Of a stretch of 64,000 nucleotides of DNA, positions 62,638 to 64,000 are shown piece after piece. The notes beneath the pieces are model-generated. The model was not told the DNA's origin. It did no database searches and saw only the letters and a program-made list of their open reading frames with translations. Position 1 is the stretch's first letter. Each line of letters starts with the position of its first letter. The DNA comes from Tubulanus polymorphus (Eukaryota; Animalia; Nemertea): positions 7,720,451 through 7,784,450 of the forward strand of contig NC_134035.1 of NCBI RefSeq assembly GCF_964204645.1, written 5' to 3'. The translations under genes and the position numbers were made by a program.

Positions 62638-63073
62638 AACAAAACGTATGAATCTAACCGTTTTGATATTACCTTCTCGATAGGATCGCCACCTCAGCGA
62701 GGCATCCACTTTTTATGTCTCTTTTAACACAGTTTCAATTGCTCAACTGATAAAACCAGGTACAATTATCCATTCGCTCCATCGAAAGATGTAGAAACAA
62801 ACGCCTTTCCCTTCGCTCAAGGATCGGCGTTGAATAAGGCGGAGGAAACTATGAGAACAGCTACTTAGCAACACAATCTGTGACGTCACATTACCAGAAA
62901 ACATCCAATCTTCTATCCAACAAAGTATCGATTTGGGAATATATCTGCGACAACAAAATTTTGACAGCTTCGTTCAACTAATGGCGAAAACAAACAAGCA
63001 AATAAACAAACAAATAAACGGCTGTTTACGAGTGCTTTTAATTTTTGAAATAAATCGAGCAAAATTTGAAAAA

Positions 63074-63192
63074 AGTCTACAGCACCCGGTATTCCCAGGC
63101 GGTCACCCATCCAAGTACTAACCGGGCCCGACGTTGCTTAACTTCGGTGATCGGACGAGAACCGGTGCTTTCAACGTGGTATGGCCGTAGAC
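63074..63192 (-). rRNA. 5S: 5S rRNA
   Basis: Array copy. Confidence 0.95.
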
Positions 63193-63630
63193 AACAAAAC
63201 GTATCAATCTAACCGTTTTGATATTACCTTCTCGATAGGATCGCCACCTCAGCGAGGCATCCACTTTTTATGTCTCTTTTAACACAGTTTCAATTGCTCA
63301 ACTGATAAAACCAGGTACAATTATCCATTCGCTCCATCGAAAGATGTAGAAACAAACGCCTTTCCCTTCGCTCAAGGATCGGCGTTGAATAAGGCGGAGG
63401 AAACTATGAGAACAGCTACTTAGCAACACAATCTGTGACGTCACATTACCAGAAAACATCCAATCTTCTATCTCTAACAAAGTATCGATTTGGGAATATA
63501 TCTGCGACAACAAAATTTTGACGGCTTCGTTCAACTAATGGCGAAATCGAACAAGCAAATAAACAAACAAATAAACGGCTGTTTGCGAGTGCTTTTAATT
63601 TTTGAAATAAATCGAGCAAAATTTGAAAAA

Positions 63631-63749
63631 AGTCTACAGCACCCGGTATTCCCAGGCGGTCACCCATCCAAGTACTAACCGGGCCCGACGTTGCTTAACT
63701 TCGGTGATCGGACGAGAACCGGTGCTTTCAACGTGGTATGGCCGTAGAC
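63631..63749 (-). rRNA. 5S: 5S rRNA
   Basis: Array copy. Confidence 0.95.
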
Positions 63750-64000
63750 AACAAAACGTATCAATCTAACCGTTTTGATATTACCTTCTCGATAGGATCG
63801 CCACCTCAGCGAGGCATCCACTTTTTATGTCTCTTTTAACACAGTTTCAATTGCTCAACTGATAAAACCAGGTACAATTATCCATTCGCTCCATCGAAAG
63901 ATGTAGAAACAAACGCCTTTCCCTTCGCTCAAGGATCGGCGTTGAATAAGGCGGAGGAAACTATGAGAACAGCTACTTAGCAACACAATCTGTGACGTCA

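Larger units (their letters stand above)
24929..64000 (-). repeat. 5S rDNA tandem array block 3 (70 genes; continues past the window end)
   Basis: Uninterrupted ~556-bp periodicity to position 64000. Confidence 0.98.

Noticed and set aside
1884-63678. About 200 recurring 60-122 aa ORFs (MGDRLG…, MGIYLR…, MNEAVK…)
   Set aside because: They overlap the 5S gene and spacer, recur only because the unit repeats, and are freely broken by indels and stops between units.
1324-64000. Repeat array read as a CRISPR array or plain satellite
   Set aside because: The spacers are near-identical rather than unique, and the conserved part is a full eukaryotic 5S gene with a T-run terminator.

Overview
Eukaryotic DNA, probably from a lophotrochozoan invertebrate (inferred from the 5S sequence). 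The window shows one end of a tandem 5S rDNA array. Units are about 555-557 bp: a 119-nt 5S gene on the minus strand plus a spacer of about 437 bp. There are 95 uninterrupted 5S copies and one split copy, and the array runs off the right edge. Nearly all short ORFs in the supplied track are artefacts of this repeat. The main feature is an 8,263-bp element (13205-21467) inserted inside box C of one 5S gene, between 5S nt 85 and 86. It has no terminal inverted repeats and no clean target-site duplication. It carries a spliced gene with 9 coding exons (14477-20271, about 1,410 aa once reconstructed) encoding a DDE transposase with IDSTKK / YTDRDCC / DxxH / RGSTSL(E>K)SFH motifs and flanking zinc fingers. 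This best fits the Dada superfamily of small-RNA-gene-targeting DNA transposons, here apparently targeting 5S rDNA. This copy looks inactive: it has a 1-bp frameshift and Lys at the probable catalytic Glu. The element ends contain unusual structure: a perfect 22-bp hairpin, an internal copy of the right terminus followed by target-like sequence, a Pol III B-box oriented with the broken 5S gene, and a long stem whose mismatches are all G-U on the minus strand. A separate 1-kb non-repeat insert (23910-24928), higher-order repeat patterns and a degenerate spacer at the array edge are also visible.
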